A stretch of 64,000 nucleotides of DNA from Escherichia coli (GTDB lineage Bacteria; Pseudomonadota; Gammaproteobacteria; Enterobacterales; Enterobacteriaceae), in assembly GCF_003018255.1 (NCBI RefSeq), contig NZ_CP027440.1. The stretch is one strand, 5' to 3'. Of the stretch, positions 10,085 through 19,821 are shown piece by piece. The notes under the pieces are model-generated. The model was not told where the DNA came from. It worked only from the letters and a program-made list of their open reading frames with translations, and searched no databases. Position 1 is the stretch's first letter. Every line of letters starts with the position of its first letter. The position numbers were made by a program, and so were the translations under genes.

Positions 10085-12382
10085 TTACAGCAACTCAAAC
10101 TCGCCTTTCTTAACGCGTGCGGAATCAGTGCCGATGAAGACATTGAACTTGCCAGGCTCGGCGTCATATTTCATCTGTTGATTCCAGAACTTCAGCGCCT
10201 CAATATCGATTGGGAAGCTGACGGTCTGAGTTTCGCCCGGTTTCAGGGTGATTTTCTCAAAGCCTTTCAGCTGCTTCACCGGGCGACTCATGGAAGCCGT
10301 CACATCCTGCAAGTACATCTGTACTACCGTGGCCCCTTCGCGTTTACCGGTGTTCGTCACCTGCACGCTGGCCGTCACTTTGCCGTCACGCTTCATGGTC
10401 GGCGCAGAAAGTTTCACATCAGAGACGGTGAAAGTGGTGTAGCTCAGACCATAGCCGAACGGATAAAGCGCCCCGTTAGCTTCATCAAAATAACGCGAAG
10501 TGTATTTGTTCGGCTTGTCGGCATTATACGGACGCCCGGTATTCAGATGGCTGTAGTACACCGGGATCTGCCCGACAGAACGCGGGAAGGACATCGGTAG
10601 CTTACCGGACGGGTTGTAATCGCCAAACAATACATCGGCAATCGCATTCCCCCCTTCCGTACCCGCAAACCAGGTTTCCAGAATCGCATCAGCCTGCTGA
10701 TCTTCTTTCACCAGCGCCAGCGGACGCCCGTTCATCAGCACCAGCACCAGCGGTTTACCGGTGGCTTTCAGCGCCGCAATCAAGTCACGTTGGCTTTGCG
10801 GAATAGTAATATCGGTACGGCTGGAGGCCTCGTGCGCCATCCCCTGTGCTTCACCGACCACAGCCACCACCACATCAGATTGTTTCGCGGTCTGCACCGC
10901 TTCATCAATCATCTCTTGCGGCGAACGCGGATCGACTTTGACCGCTTCTTCATACTGATTCAGGAAATCGATAATGCCTTTGTCACTGGTAACGTTCGCC
11001 CCTTTGGCATACAGCACTTTACCGTTTTCACCGACGGCATTTTTAATCCCGGTTAGCACAGTAACAGATTGATCGGCGACACCTGCCGCCGACCAGCTTC
11101 CCATCACGTCACGCTTGCTGTCTGCCAGCGGGCCAACCACCGCAATGATTGCAGATTTTTTCAGCGGCAGCGTTTCGAGACGATTTTTCAGCAACACCAG
11201 GCTTTCGCGCGCCACTTCACGCGCTTCTTTGCGGTGCAGGCGGCTTTCGGCATTGGTATCCACCGGGTCAGACTCTTTCGGACCGAGATGGCTGTACGGG
11301 TCGTTAAACAACCCCATATCATATTTCACGTTCAGTACATGACGGGCAGCGTCATCCAGCTCTTCCATCGTCACTTTGCCGGATTTGATCAACCCAGGCA
11401 GATACTTCGAGTAATACTCATCGCTCATACTCATGTTGATGCCGGATTTCAGTGCCACGCGCACCGCATCTTCCGGGTCTGCCGCCGTGCCATGTTTAAT
11501 CAGCTCTTTGATTGCGCCATGATCGGAAACGGTAATGCCTTTAAAGCCCCACTGATCGCGCAGCACATCTTTCAGCAGCCAGGAGTCGGAAGTTGCTGGC
11601 GTGCCATTCAGCGAGTTCAGCGCCACCATTACCGCGCCGCTGCCTGCGTCCAGCCCCGCTTTGTACGGCGGCATATAGTCGTTAAACAGGCGCTGCGGAC
11701 TCATATCAACGGTGTTGTACTCTTTACCGCCTTCTACCGCGCCGTATGCGGCAAAGTGTTTGACGCTGGTCATCACCGAGTAACGATCTGCCGGGCTTTT
11801 ACCCTGCATCGCTTCCACCATGGTTTTGCCCATTATTGAGGTGAGATACGTATCTTCGCCAAAACCTTCGGAAGCACGTCCCCAGCGCGGATCGCGCGAG
11901 ACATCGACCATCGGTGCCCAGGTCATATTCAGGCCATCATCTGCCGCTTCATAAGCAGAGACACGCCCGACTGTTTTCACCGCATCGAGGTTAAAAGACG
12001 AAGCCAGACCGAGACTAATCGGGAACACCGTGCGCTGACCGTGCAGCACGTCGTAAGCAAAGAAAAGAGGAATTTTCAGGCGGCTTAATTCCATCACCTG
12101 ATCCTGCATGGCGCGGATATCCTGACGGGTTACAGTGTTGAAAATCGCCCCAACCTGACCGTCTTTGATCATCTCGCGGATCGCCTCTTTCGGGTTATCC
12201 GGGCCGACGCTGATTAAGCGCAGCTGACCAATTTTCTCATCAACTGTCATTTTCTTAAGCAGTTCGGTGACGAACGCATCCCGCGCTTCGGGCGTTAATG
12301 GATGGTTGCCGAATAAATCATCCGCCAGTGCTGGCTGCAGGGCCAGACTCACCGCGATTCCTACTGAACATAGCCATTTCAT
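10085..12382 (-). CDS. bglX: periplasmic beta-glucosidase BglX (GH3)
   Basis: 765-aa ORF from ATG 12382 (MKWLCSVGIAVSLALQPALA signal peptide); GH3 domains. Confidence 0.93.
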   Translation of the reverse strand: MKWLCSVGIAVSLALQPALADDLFGNHPLTPEARDAFVTELLKKMTVDEKIGQLRLISVGPDNPKEAIREMIKDGQVGAIFNTVTRQDIRAMQDQVMELSRLKIPLFFAYDVLHGQRTVFPISLGLASSFNLDAVKTVGRVSAYEAADDGLNMTWAPMVDVSRDPRWGRASEGFGEDTYLTSIMGKTMVEAMQGKSPADRYSVMTSVKHFAAYGAVEGGKEYNTVDMSPQRLFNDYMPPYKAGLDAGSGAVMVALNSLNGTPATSDSWLLKDVLRDQWGFKGITVSDHGAIKELIKHGTAADPEDAVRVALKSGINMSMSDEYYSKYLPGLIKSGKVTMEELDDAARHVLNVKYDMGLFNDPYSHLGPKESDPVDTNAESRLHRKEAREVARESLVLLKNRLETLPLKKSAIIAVVGPLADSKRDVMGSWSAAGVADQSVTVLTGIKNAVGENGKVLYAKGANVTSDKGIIDFLNQYEEAVKVDPRSPQEMIDEAVQTAKQSDVVVAVVGEAQGMAHEASSRTDITIPQSQRDLIAALKATGKPLVLVLMNGRPLALVKEDQQADAILETWFAGTEGGNAIADVLFGDYNPSGKLPMSFPRSVGQIPVYYSHLNTGRPYNADKPNKYTSRYFDEANGALYPFGYGLSYTTFTVSDVKLSAPTMKRDGKVTASVQVTNTGKREGATVVQMYLQDVTASMSRPVKQLKGFEKITLKPGETQTVSFPIDIEALKFWNQQMKYDAEPGKFNVFIGTDSARVKKGEFELL

Positions 12383-12577
12383 ATGGATTTTTCTTCCTTT
12401 GTTGCCCGACGTGGCAGCGAAAATGGTGCAAAAACCGTAGTTTGCCATAAGCATGATGGAGAGAGAAAAAGAATGCTCAGTTTATTGTCTGAATTTTCAA
12501 AATATTCACTCGCTGAATTGTCATACAAGGCGCTATTCTAGTTTGTGATATTTTTTCGCCACCACAAGGAGTGGAAA

Positions 12578-14293
12578 ATGTCTTCCATGACAACAACTGA
12601 TAATAAAGCCTTTTTGAATGAACTTGCCCGTCTGGTCGGTCATTCACACCTGCTCACCGATTCCGCAAAAACGGCCCGCTATCGCAAGGGCTTCCGTTCT
12701 GGTCAGGGCGACGCGCTGGCTGTCGTTTTCCCTGGCTCACTACTGGAATTGTGGCGGGTGCTGAAAGCCTGCGTCACCGCCGACAAAATTATTCTGATGC
12801 AGGCTGCCAATACAGGCCTGACCGAAGGATCGACGCCAAACGGTAACGATTATGATCGCGATATCGTGATCATCAGCACCCTGCGTCTCGACAAGCTGCA
12901 CGTTCTTGGCAAGGGCGAACAGGTGCTGGCCTATCCGGGCACCACGCTCTATTCGCTGGAAAAAGCCCTCAAACCGCTGGGACGCGAACCGCACTCGGTG
13001 ATTGGATCATCGTGTATAGGCGCATCGGTCATCGGCGGTATTTGTAACAACTCCGGCGGCTCGCTGGTGCAACGTGGCCCGGCGTATACCGAAATGTCGT
13101 TATTCGCGCGTATAAATGAAGACGGCAAACTGACGCTGGTGAACCATCTGGGGATTGATCTGGGCGAAACGCCGGAGCAGATCCTTAGCAAGCTGGATGA
13201 CGATCGCATCAAAGATGACGATGTGCGCCACGATGGTCGTCACGCCCACGATTATGACTATGTCCACCGCGTTCGTGATATTGAAGCCGACACGCCCGCA
13301 CGTTATAACGCCGATCCGGATCGGTTATTTGAATCTTCTGGTTGCGCCGGGAAGCTGGCCGTCTTTGCGGTACGTCTTGATACCTTCGAAGCGGAAAAAA
13401 ATCAGCAGGTGTTTTATATCGGCACCAACCAGCCGGAAGTACTGACCGAAATCCGCCGTCATATTCTGGCTAATTTCGAAAATCTGCCGGTTGCCGGGGA
13501 ATATATGCACCGGGATATCTACGATATAGCGGAAAAATACGGCAAAGACACCTTCCTGATGATTGATAAGTTAGGCACCGACAAGATGCCGTTCTTCTTT
13601 AATCTCAAGGGGCGCACCGATGCGATGCTGGAGAAAGTGAAATTCTTCCGTCCGCATTTTACCGACCGTGCGATGCAAAAATTCGGTCACCTGTTCCCCA
13701 GCCATTTACCGCCGCGCATGAAAAACTGGCGCGATAAATACGAACATCATCTGCTGTTAAAAATGGCGGGCGATGGCGTCGGTGAAGCCAAATCGTGGCT
13801 GGTGGATTATTTCAAACAGGCCGAAGGCGATTTCTTTGTCTGTACGCCGGAGGAAGGCAGCAAAGCGTTTTTACACCGTTTCGCCGCTGCGGGCGCAGCA
13901 ATTCGTTATCAGGCGGTGCATTCCGATGAAGTCGAAGACATTCTGGCACTGGATATCGCTCTGCGGCGTAACGACACCGAGTGGTATGAGCATTTACCGC
14001 CGGAGATCGACAGCCAGCTGGTGCACAAGCTCTATTACGGCCATTTTATGTGCTATGTCTTCCATCAGGATTACATCGTTAAAAAAGGCGTGGATGTGCA
14101 TGCGTTGAAAGAACAGATGCTGGAACTGCTACAGCAGCGCGGCGCGCAATACCCTGCCGAGCATAACGTCGGTCATTTGTATAAAGCACCGGAAACGTTG
14201 CAGAAGTTTTATCGCGAGAACGATCCGACCAACAGTATGAATCCGGGGGTTGGTAAAACCAGTAAGCGGAAAAACTGGCAGGAAGTGGAGTAA
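12578..14293 (+). CDS. dld: FAD-dependent D-lactate dehydrogenase Dld
   Basis: 571-aa ORF from ATG 12578 (MSSMTTTDNKAF) with AAGGAG RBS; track start 12545 rejected. Confidence 0.93.
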   Translation: MSSMTTTDNKAFLNELARLVGHSHLLTDSAKTARYRKGFRSGQGDALAVVFPGSLLELWRVLKACVTADKIILMQAANTGLTEGSTPNGNDYDRDIVIISTLRLDKLHVLGKGEQVLAYPGTTLYSLEKALKPLGREPHSVIGSSCIGASVIGGICNNSGGSLVQRGPAYTEMSLFARINEDGKLTLVNHLGIDLGETPEQILSKLDDDRIKDDDVRHDGRHAHDYDYVHRVRDIEADTPARYNADPDRLFESSGCAGKLAVFAVRLDTFEAEKNQQVFYIGTNQPEVLTEIRRHILANFENLPVAGEYMHRDIYDIAEKYGKDTFLMIDKLGTDKMPFFFNLKGRTDAMLEKVKFFRPHFTDRAMQKFGHLFPSHLPPRMKNWRDKYEHHLLLKMAGDGVGEAKSWLVDYFKQAEGDFFVCTPEEGSKAFLHRFAAAGAAIRYQAVHSDEVEDILALDIALRRNDTEWYEHLPPEIDSQLVHKLYYGHFMCYVFHQDYIVKKGVDVHALKEQMLELLQQRGAQYPAEHNVGHLYKAPETLQKFYRENDPTNSMNPGVGKTSKRKNWQEVE

Positions 14294-14298
14294 AAATT

Positions 14299-14324
14299 AC
14301 GGATGGCAGAGTATCGCCATCCGT
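14299..14324. terminator. bidirectional hairpin between convergent dld and pbpG
   Basis: ACGGATGGC-agagtatc-GCCATCCGT, 9-bp stem. Confidence 0.55.
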
Positions 14325-14331
14325 CATTCAT

Positions 14332-15264
14332 TTAATCGTTCTGTGCCGTCTGCCCCGCCGCCGCCATTTGGGCGGCTTTTTGTTTTTTATAGCTCAACGC
14401 TGCTGCCGGAACAGGCATCACTTTACCGGTCTCAATCCAGGTACGCAGGCGGCTGGCATCGGCAAAATGGGTATATTTGCCAAACGCGTCCATCACTACC
14501 AGCGCCACCGGTTTATTATTGATAACCGTACGCATCACCAGACAATGGCCCGCCGCATTGGTAAAGCCCGTTTTGGTTAACTGAATATTCCAGTTATCGC
14601 GATACACCAGATGGTTAGTATTGCGGAACGGCAGCGTATACGTCGGGTTAGAGAAGGTTGCCATATCTTCCCTGGTAGTACTTAACTGACCAATCAACGG
14701 ATATTGTTTGCTGGCAATGAGCAGTTTGGTTAAGTCACGGGCAGTTGAAACGTTATGCACCGACAATCCGGTCGGTTCAACAAAGCGCGTGTTGTTCATT
14801 CCGAGCGATTTCGCTTTCGCATTCATCGCCTTAATAAAGGCTTTGTAACCACCGGGATAATGGTGCGCAAGGCTTGCCGCCGCGCGGTTTTCTGAAGACA
14901 TCAGCGCCAGCAACAGCATATCTTTACGGCTGATTTCGCTGTTCAGTCGTACGCGCGAATAGACCCCTTTCATCTCCGGCGTCTGGCTGATATCCACTTT
15001 TAGTTTTTCATCCAGCGGCAGTCGTGCATCCAGCACAACCATCGCGGTCATTAATTTGCTGATAGACGCAATCGGACGCACCAGATCCGGGTGGTTCGAA
15101 TAGATCACTTTGTTGGTATTCAGATCAACAATCATCGCGCTACCGGAGGCAATTTCCGGTTGTGAAGCGGTGGTAGCGGCTGCCGTTTTCGCAACGGCCT
15201 GCGGTGCCAAAGGCACAGCCAGCATCAGGGCCAGGCTAAATAAAGAAACTCGAAATTTCGGCAT
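14332..15264 (-). CDS. pbpG: D-alanyl-D-alanine endopeptidase PBP7 (PbpG)
   Basis: 310-aa ORF, signal peptide, SxxK active-site motif (SISKLMT). Confidence 0.9.
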   Translation of the reverse strand: MPKFRVSLFSLALMLAVPLAPQAVAKTAAATTASQPEIASGSAMIVDLNTNKVIYSNHPDLVRPIASISKLMTAMVVLDARLPLDEKLKVDISQTPEMKGVYSRVRLNSEISRKDMLLLALMSSENRAAASLAHHYPGGYKAFIKAMNAKAKSLGMNNTRFVEPTGLSVHNVSTARDLTKLLIASKQYPLIGQLSTTREDMATFSNPTYTLPFRNTNHLVYRDNWNIQLTKTGFTNAAGHCLVMRTVINNKPVALVVMDAFGKYTHFADASRLRTWIETGKVMPVPAAALSYKKQKAAQMAAAGQTAQND

Positions 15265-15437
15265 GATGAGCATTCAGATAGTGGTTCACGCGCACGGGTT
15301 GCGCACCGCCGGAGTAAGGATTTACTGAGGCTAGCGACGCCATCATAACGAGCAAAAAGTGCGATCGTCAAAGAAGAATCGTGAGGAAATGCTGCATTGC
15401 TGACATTTACGCCAGCAATGCAGCGCAAAAGAACTTT

Positions 15438-16025
15438 CTAGAACAAACGATAACCGTAGCCCCATAGTATAACGGTAAGGGCGAGCAGCACTTCCAGCAC
15501 CAGCACGCCTATCGCCAGTGTCGAACTGGAGAAGCTAAGTCCTTCCTCTTTGTTGATATTCAGGAAGCTCGGAATACCGAGATACAGCAGGTAGCCGGTG
15601 TAAAACAGCGCCACCGTGCCGACCAGCGCACACAACCAGACCAGCGGGTAAAGCGCCACCAGACCGCTTAAAAACAGCGGAGTTGCAACGTAGCCCGCGA
15701 AGACCATGCAGTGCGCAAGTGACGGACGCTGCGGATAATTACGCGCCATCCACCAGATGACCCGCCCCATCACCGCAACCCCAGCCAGCATAACGCCGTA
15801 AAACAAGACAGCCAGCGCCAGTCCGGTAAACCAGGATAACTTCAGGATAGTGCCATCGCCAAAATTCCAGCCAATCTGTGTAGTGCCAATGAAGGCGCAA
15901 ATCACCGGAATCGCCGCCATCAGCAAAACGTGGTGGGTGTAATGGTGAGAAATCGTTTCGTTTTCGCGATTAATCACCTGCATTTCACGATCGGGATGGG
16001 AAAACAGTCCCCAGACATGGCTCAT
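15438..16025 (-). CDS. yohC: inner membrane protein YohC (Yip1 family)
   Basis: 195-aa multi-TM ORF from ATG 16025 with GGGGG RBS. Confidence 0.85.
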   Translation of the reverse strand: MSHVWGLFSHPDREMQVINRENETISHHYTHHVLLMAAIPVICAFIGTTQIGWNFGDGTILKLSWFTGLALAVLFYGVMLAGVAVMGRVIWWMARNYPQRPSLAHCMVFAGYVATPLFLSGLVALYPLVWLCALVGTVALFYTGYLLYLGIPSFLNINKEEGLSFSSSTLAIGVLVLEVLLALTVILWGYGYRLF

Positions 16026-16194
16026 ACCGCCCCCTTGTTGTGAGTTCATGAACCTGACAGTTCAAGTATAAGTCAGCTTGTGATTATTTTTTGTTCGCTC
16101 ATGTAATTTGCACCGTCTGATGTACGTCCTTTTTCAGCGTGAACTATTCACAGGGTGTATGCTTACAGGCAAGCAAAGGGAGACAGACTGGCCT

Positions 16195-16773
16195 ATGGAT
16201 CTCAATACACTCATCTCACAATATGGTTATGCCGCGCTGGTGATCGGTAGCCTGGCGGAAGGTGAAACCGTGACTTTGCTGGGAGGCGTTGCGGCACATC
16301 AGGGGCTATTAAAGTTCCCGCTGGTGGTACTTTCTGTGGCGCTTGGCGGCATGATTGGCGACCAGGTGCTTTATCTGTGCGGGCGGCGCTTTGGCGGCAA
16401 GCTATTACGCCGTTTCTCGAAACATCAGGATAAAATTGAGCGGGCGCAGAAACTTATCCAACGCCATCCGTATCTGTTTGTCATTGGTACGCGTTTTATG
16501 TATGGCTTTAGGGTGATTGGCCCGACGCTGATTGGTGCCAGCCAGCTGCCGCCGAAAATCTTTCTGCCGCTGAATATTCTCGGCGCATTTGCCTGGGCGT
16601 TGATTTTTACCACTATCGGTTATGCTGGTGGTCAGGTGATTGCGCCGTGGTTGCACAATCTCGACCAGCATTTGAAGCACTGGGTCTGGTTGATTCTGGC
16701 CGTGGTTCTGGTGGTAGGCGTGCGCTGGTGGCTGAAACGACGCGGGAAGAAAAAGCCGGATAATCAGGCGTAA
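16195..16773 (+). CDS. yohD: DedA-family inner membrane protein YohD
   Basis: 192-aa ORF from ATG 16195 (MDLNTLISQYGY), AAGGGAG RBS. Confidence 0.88.
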   Translation: MDLNTLISQYGYAALVIGSLAEGETVTLLGGVAAHQGLLKFPLVVLSVALGGMIGDQVLYLCGRRFGGKLLRRFSKHQDKIERAQKLIQRHPYLFVIGTRFMYGFRVIGPTLIGASQLPPKIFLPLNILGAFAWALIFTTIGYAGGQVIAPWLHNLDQHLKHWVWLILAVVLVVGVRWWLKRRGKKKPDNQA

Positions 16774-16825
16774 AGCAGTTGCCACAGATAAGCATTCACG
16801 CCACATCCGGCACCGGATGTTCCAT

Positions 16826-16862
16826 GCCTGATGCGACGCTGGCGTGTCTTATCTGGCCTAAC
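16826..16862. repeat. REP element (Y-type) downstream of yohD/yohF
   Basis: GCCTGATGCGACGCTGGCGTGTCTTATCTGGCCTAAC. Confidence 0.65.
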
Positions 16863-16891
16863 CCATTGAAATAACCACGCACCTCACTGCG

Positions 16892-17653
16892 CTATTCTGG
16901 GTTGAACTGCGGATTCGCCAACATAAAGCCGCCATCCACTATCAACGACTGCCCGGTGGTGTAATTTGCGCCCTCCGAACAAAGCCATACCACCAGGCTG
17001 GCAATCTCATGCGTTGTGCCAAAACGTCGCAAGGGAATCGAAGGCTCCGCGTCGGGCCTCACATCGCTATCATCCATGCCGTTCATTGGCGTGGCGATCG
17101 CCCCAGGTGCGACTGCGTTCACCAAAATTTTATGCCTGACCAACTCCAGCGCCATTGCTTTGGTTAACCCGCCGAGCGCATGTTTAGCTGCTGTGTAAGC
17201 GCTGGCATCCGGCAGCGGCGTATGTTCATGCACCGACGTAATGTTGATGATGCGACCGCCCTGCCCTTGTTTCACCATCTGACGAGCCGCAATTTGCGAG
17301 CATAAGAATGCACCGTCGACATCAACGGTAAAAATCTTGCGCCACTCATCAAAAGCCATATCAAGAAACGGCGCTTTGGTCATTGCACCCGCATTATTCA
17401 CCAGCACATCGATGCGCCCCAGTCGTTGAATGAGTTTCTCCAGCGCCTGCGCACCTTCTGACAGTTTACCGAGATCCAGCTGCACGATCTCCGCACGTGC
17501 GCCGTGGCTAACCACCTCACGCGCAGTATCTTTTGCCCCTTCTTCATCAGAGTGCCAGGTAATGCCAATATCAAACCCCTGCTGCGCCAGTAATAACGCG
17601 CACTCTTTGCCGATCCCCGAATCGGAGGCGGTAATTATCGCGACCTGTGCCAT
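16892..17653 (-). CDS. yohF: short-chain dehydrogenase/reductase YohF
   Basis: 253-aa ORF, Rossmann motif TASDSGIG, SDR catalytic YxxxK region. Confidence 0.9.
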   Translation of the reverse strand: MAQVAIITASDSGIGKECALLLAQQGFDIGITWHSDEEGAKDTAREVVSHGARAEIVQLDLGKLSEGAQALEKLIQRLGRIDVLVNNAGAMTKAPFLDMAFDEWRKIFTVDVDGAFLCSQIAARQMVKQGQGGRIINITSVHEHTPLPDASAYTAAKHALGGLTKAMALELVRHKILVNAVAPGAIATPMNGMDDSDVRPDAEPSIPLRRFGTTHEIASLVVWLCSEGANYTTGQSLIVDGGFMLANPQFNPE

Positions 17654-17705
17654 CGAGTTCTCCACTTAACGCTGAATAAATGTTAAGTATAGAAGGCGCA
17701 TATCA

Positions 17706-19142
17706 TCAGCGTTTGTAACCTCCGCCCAGCGCACCGGTGAGTTGAATGGAGGCATCCAGCCACTGCCCTTGCAATAACAGGCCATTGGCCCGCTCACGCA
17801 GCGCGGGGATTCTGGCTTCGCTGACGCGGGAACCAGCAATGATGCCCGCGTTAAAGCGCGCCTGCGCAAGACCTACCACACGCAAGGCATCGTGCTCAAT
17901 TTGCGCCTGATGCTGGTTTTTCTCCGCCAGTGTCTGAACCTGGCTGGCCGCCCGCGCCACGTCATTTACCGCTTCAACCACCGCTTTGTTGTAGCTGGCG
18001 ATAGACAAGTTGCTTTCGGCTTTTGCGATATCGAGATTGGCGTTAAGACGACCACTATCGAAAATGGGTAGCGTCAGGCCTGCCGTAACGCCCATTTGCT
18101 GCGCGGAATGACGGAACAGATCGCTTAAGTGCAACGCATCCTGTTGCAGAAAGGCCATCAGGTTGATGTCAGGATAAAATGCCGCTTTTGCCGCATCAAT
18201 AGTGCTTAACGATGACTCAACGTACCAGTGCGCCGCCTGCAAATCTGCCCGCCGGGCCAGTAAGGAGTACCCGAGTTCATCAGGAAGCTGACTTGCCACT
18301 TTCGGCAACGCGACCGGTTTAAGCTTCAATGACTTTGTCTGGTGGTTGGTGAGCGCACTTAACCGTGCCTCAATAATTTTCATTTTCCCCGCGACATCGT
18401 TGAGCTGCTGCCGGGTTTTGCTGGCATTAATATCGGTTTCCACACCTTCAACTGAAGAAGTAATCCCGTTCTGATATAGCTGGCGATCGGTCGCGATAAT
18501 GGTGTTCTGCTCTTTTTCGATTTGCTGCAAGACCGTGTTTAACGCCGCCTGGGTTTGCCACTCCCAGTACAGGCGGGCTACGCTGCCAGCCAGCAATTGG
18601 CAGGTTTGCTCGCGTTCCGCCGCCCGTGCTTTAACCGTACCGAGGCGAGCAGTAACCTCCGCCCGATTCTTTCCCCAGATATCGAGATGCCAGCCCGCCG
18701 TTAAGCCAAAAGTACCGTTGGTGTACCACGGACCGGTCGTACCTGCGGCAGGATCGTTCAGAGCAAACGGCCCCATTAACCCTTCTGCAGACATTTTTTG
18801 CCGCTCCATATCCGCAGAAAAGTCGATCTGCGGACCATCCTGAGTGGCAACTGCCTTCGCCTGGGCTTCAGCCAGCTGAATGCGCTGTTCAGCCACCTGC
18901 ATATCCGGTGCGTTCTGTAGTGCGTTATTAATTAAGGAAGTGAGTTGATTATCGTGATACTCCAGCCACCATTGGCTGTCTGGCCAACCATTTTTCAGCG
19001 CCGTGGGTAATACGGTGTCAACTTGTGCAGCGGGCGTTTGCTGGCTTAACGCCTGGCGGGTTTCATGCATAGGTGCACACCCGGCCAGCATCAGTAACAG
19101 CGGAAAACAGGCGATGGCGGGATAAAAGGAATCACGATTCAT
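17706..19142 (-). CDS. mdtQ: outer-membrane efflux lipoprotein MdtQ (OprM/TolC family), reading frame apparently intact
   Basis: uninterrupted 478-codon ORF from ATG 19142 (MNRDSFYPAIACFPLLLMLAGC lipobox); track ORF extends to TTG 19232. Confidence 0.8.
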   Translation of the reverse strand: MNRDSFYPAIACFPLLLMLAGCAPMHETRQALSQQTPAAQVDTVLPTALKNGWPDSQWWLEYHDNQLTSLINNALQNAPDMQVAEQRIQLAEAQAKAVATQDGPQIDFSADMERQKMSAEGLMGPFALNDPAAGTTGPWYTNGTFGLTAGWHLDIWGKNRAEVTARLGTVKARAAEREQTCQLLAGSVARLYWEWQTQAALNTVLQQIEKEQNTIIATDRQLYQNGITSSVEGVETDINASKTRQQLNDVAGKMKIIEARLSALTNHQTKSLKLKPVALPKVASQLPDELGYSLLARRADLQAAHWYVESSLSTIDAAKAAFYPDINLMAFLQQDALHLSDLFRHSAQQMGVTAGLTLPIFDSGRLNANLDIAKAESNLSIASYNKAVVEAVNDVARAASQVQTLAEKNQHQAQIEHDALRVVGLAQARFNAGIIAGSRVSEARIPALRERANGLLLQGQWLDASIQLTGALGGGYKR

Positions 19143-19365
19143 GGGGGAATAATCAGGTAAGAAAAGGTGCGCGGAGATTACCGTGTGTTGCGATATATTT
19201 TTTAGTTTCGCGTGGCAATACATCAGTAGCAATAAAACGACATATCCAGAAAAATATACACTAAGTGAATGATATCTTCCTATTTATCTTAATCGTTTAT
19301 GGATAGCGGCAAAGGGCTTCGTTTTTTCCTATACTTATTCAGCACTCACAAATAAAGGAACGCCA

Positions 19366-19449
19366 ATGAAAATTATACTCTGGGCTGTATTGATTATTTT
19401 CCTGATTGGGCTACTGGTGGTGACTGGCGTATTTAAGATGATATTTTAA
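19366..19449 (+). CDS. yohP: small membrane protein YohP (27 aa)
   Basis: ATG 19366, translation MKIILWAVLIIFLIGLLVVTGVFKMIF, AAGGAA RBS 7 nt upstream. Confidence 0.65.
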   Translation: MKIILWAVLIIFLIGLLVVTGVFKMIF

Positions 19450-19544
19450 AATTAATTAATGTCATCAGATCCGAAAATAACGAGAATATTTCAGTCTCTC
19501 ATCCTGTTGCGCTCCTGTCATGTGCATTGCTTCATATAATCACT

Positions 19545-19760
19545 GGCGCAAGGAGCGCGCAGGGGGCGGCCAATCGCCGCCGCCCCCTGCACCCCCGGGC
19601 TCTGGCGAACAAAATCGCCGCTGCGCGGTGCCCTCGGCTTATCCCTTACGGCTACCGGGTCGGGCGCGAGGTAACATCCCTGTAAAACGCGCCCTCAGCC
19701 CACATCCATGTGGGCTGCCCCGGCCTTCAGGGAACGCCTCGGCGATTTTGACGCCACCAA
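19545..19760. repeat. GC-rich intergenic element made of several perfect hairpins (possible boxC/BIME-like repeat or structured RNA)
   Basis: perfect 10-bp stem AGGGGGCGGC/GCCGCCCCCT (about 19561-19588), perfect 10-bp stem CAGCCCACAT/ATGTGGGCTG (about 19696-19717), plus GGCGA..TCGCC and GGCG..CGCC mini-hairpins; lies between yohP and dusC. Confidence 0.4.
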
Positions 19761-19821
19761 ACAACCGTGCGGCCTATTGATAAAGAGCTAACACATTGTC
19801 AAAAAACATCACTATGGTTTC

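Noticed and set aside
11069-11839. 256-codon plus-strand ORF inside bglX on the opposite strand (similar long antisense ORFs at 6546..7250, 7917..8369, 8066..8398, 22949..23473, 25142..25657, 41556..41969, 46245..46847, 56960..57670)
   Set aside because: All lie antisense within well-supported genes, have Arg/His/Cys/Pro-rich compositions typical of translated GC-rich antisense strands, and lack RBS or domain signatures.
12545-12577. Upstream track-predicted start codons for dld, bglX (12454), btsS (5073), yohC (16049), yohD (16108), galS (37975), yeiL (51554), yeiQ (62472), preA (31732) and the GST-like gene (22698)
   Set aside because: Several are TTG/GTG codons without RBS, or add N-terminal residues ahead of signal peptides or conserved N-termini; internal ATG starts with Shine-Dalgarno support were preferred.
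19520-19780. 86-codon ORF (MCIASYNHWRKERAGGGQSPPPP...) in the yohP-dusC intergenic region
   Set aside because: Proline/glycine/arginine-rich, low-complexity translation of the GC-rich hairpin element; no RBS; better explained as non-coding repeat.
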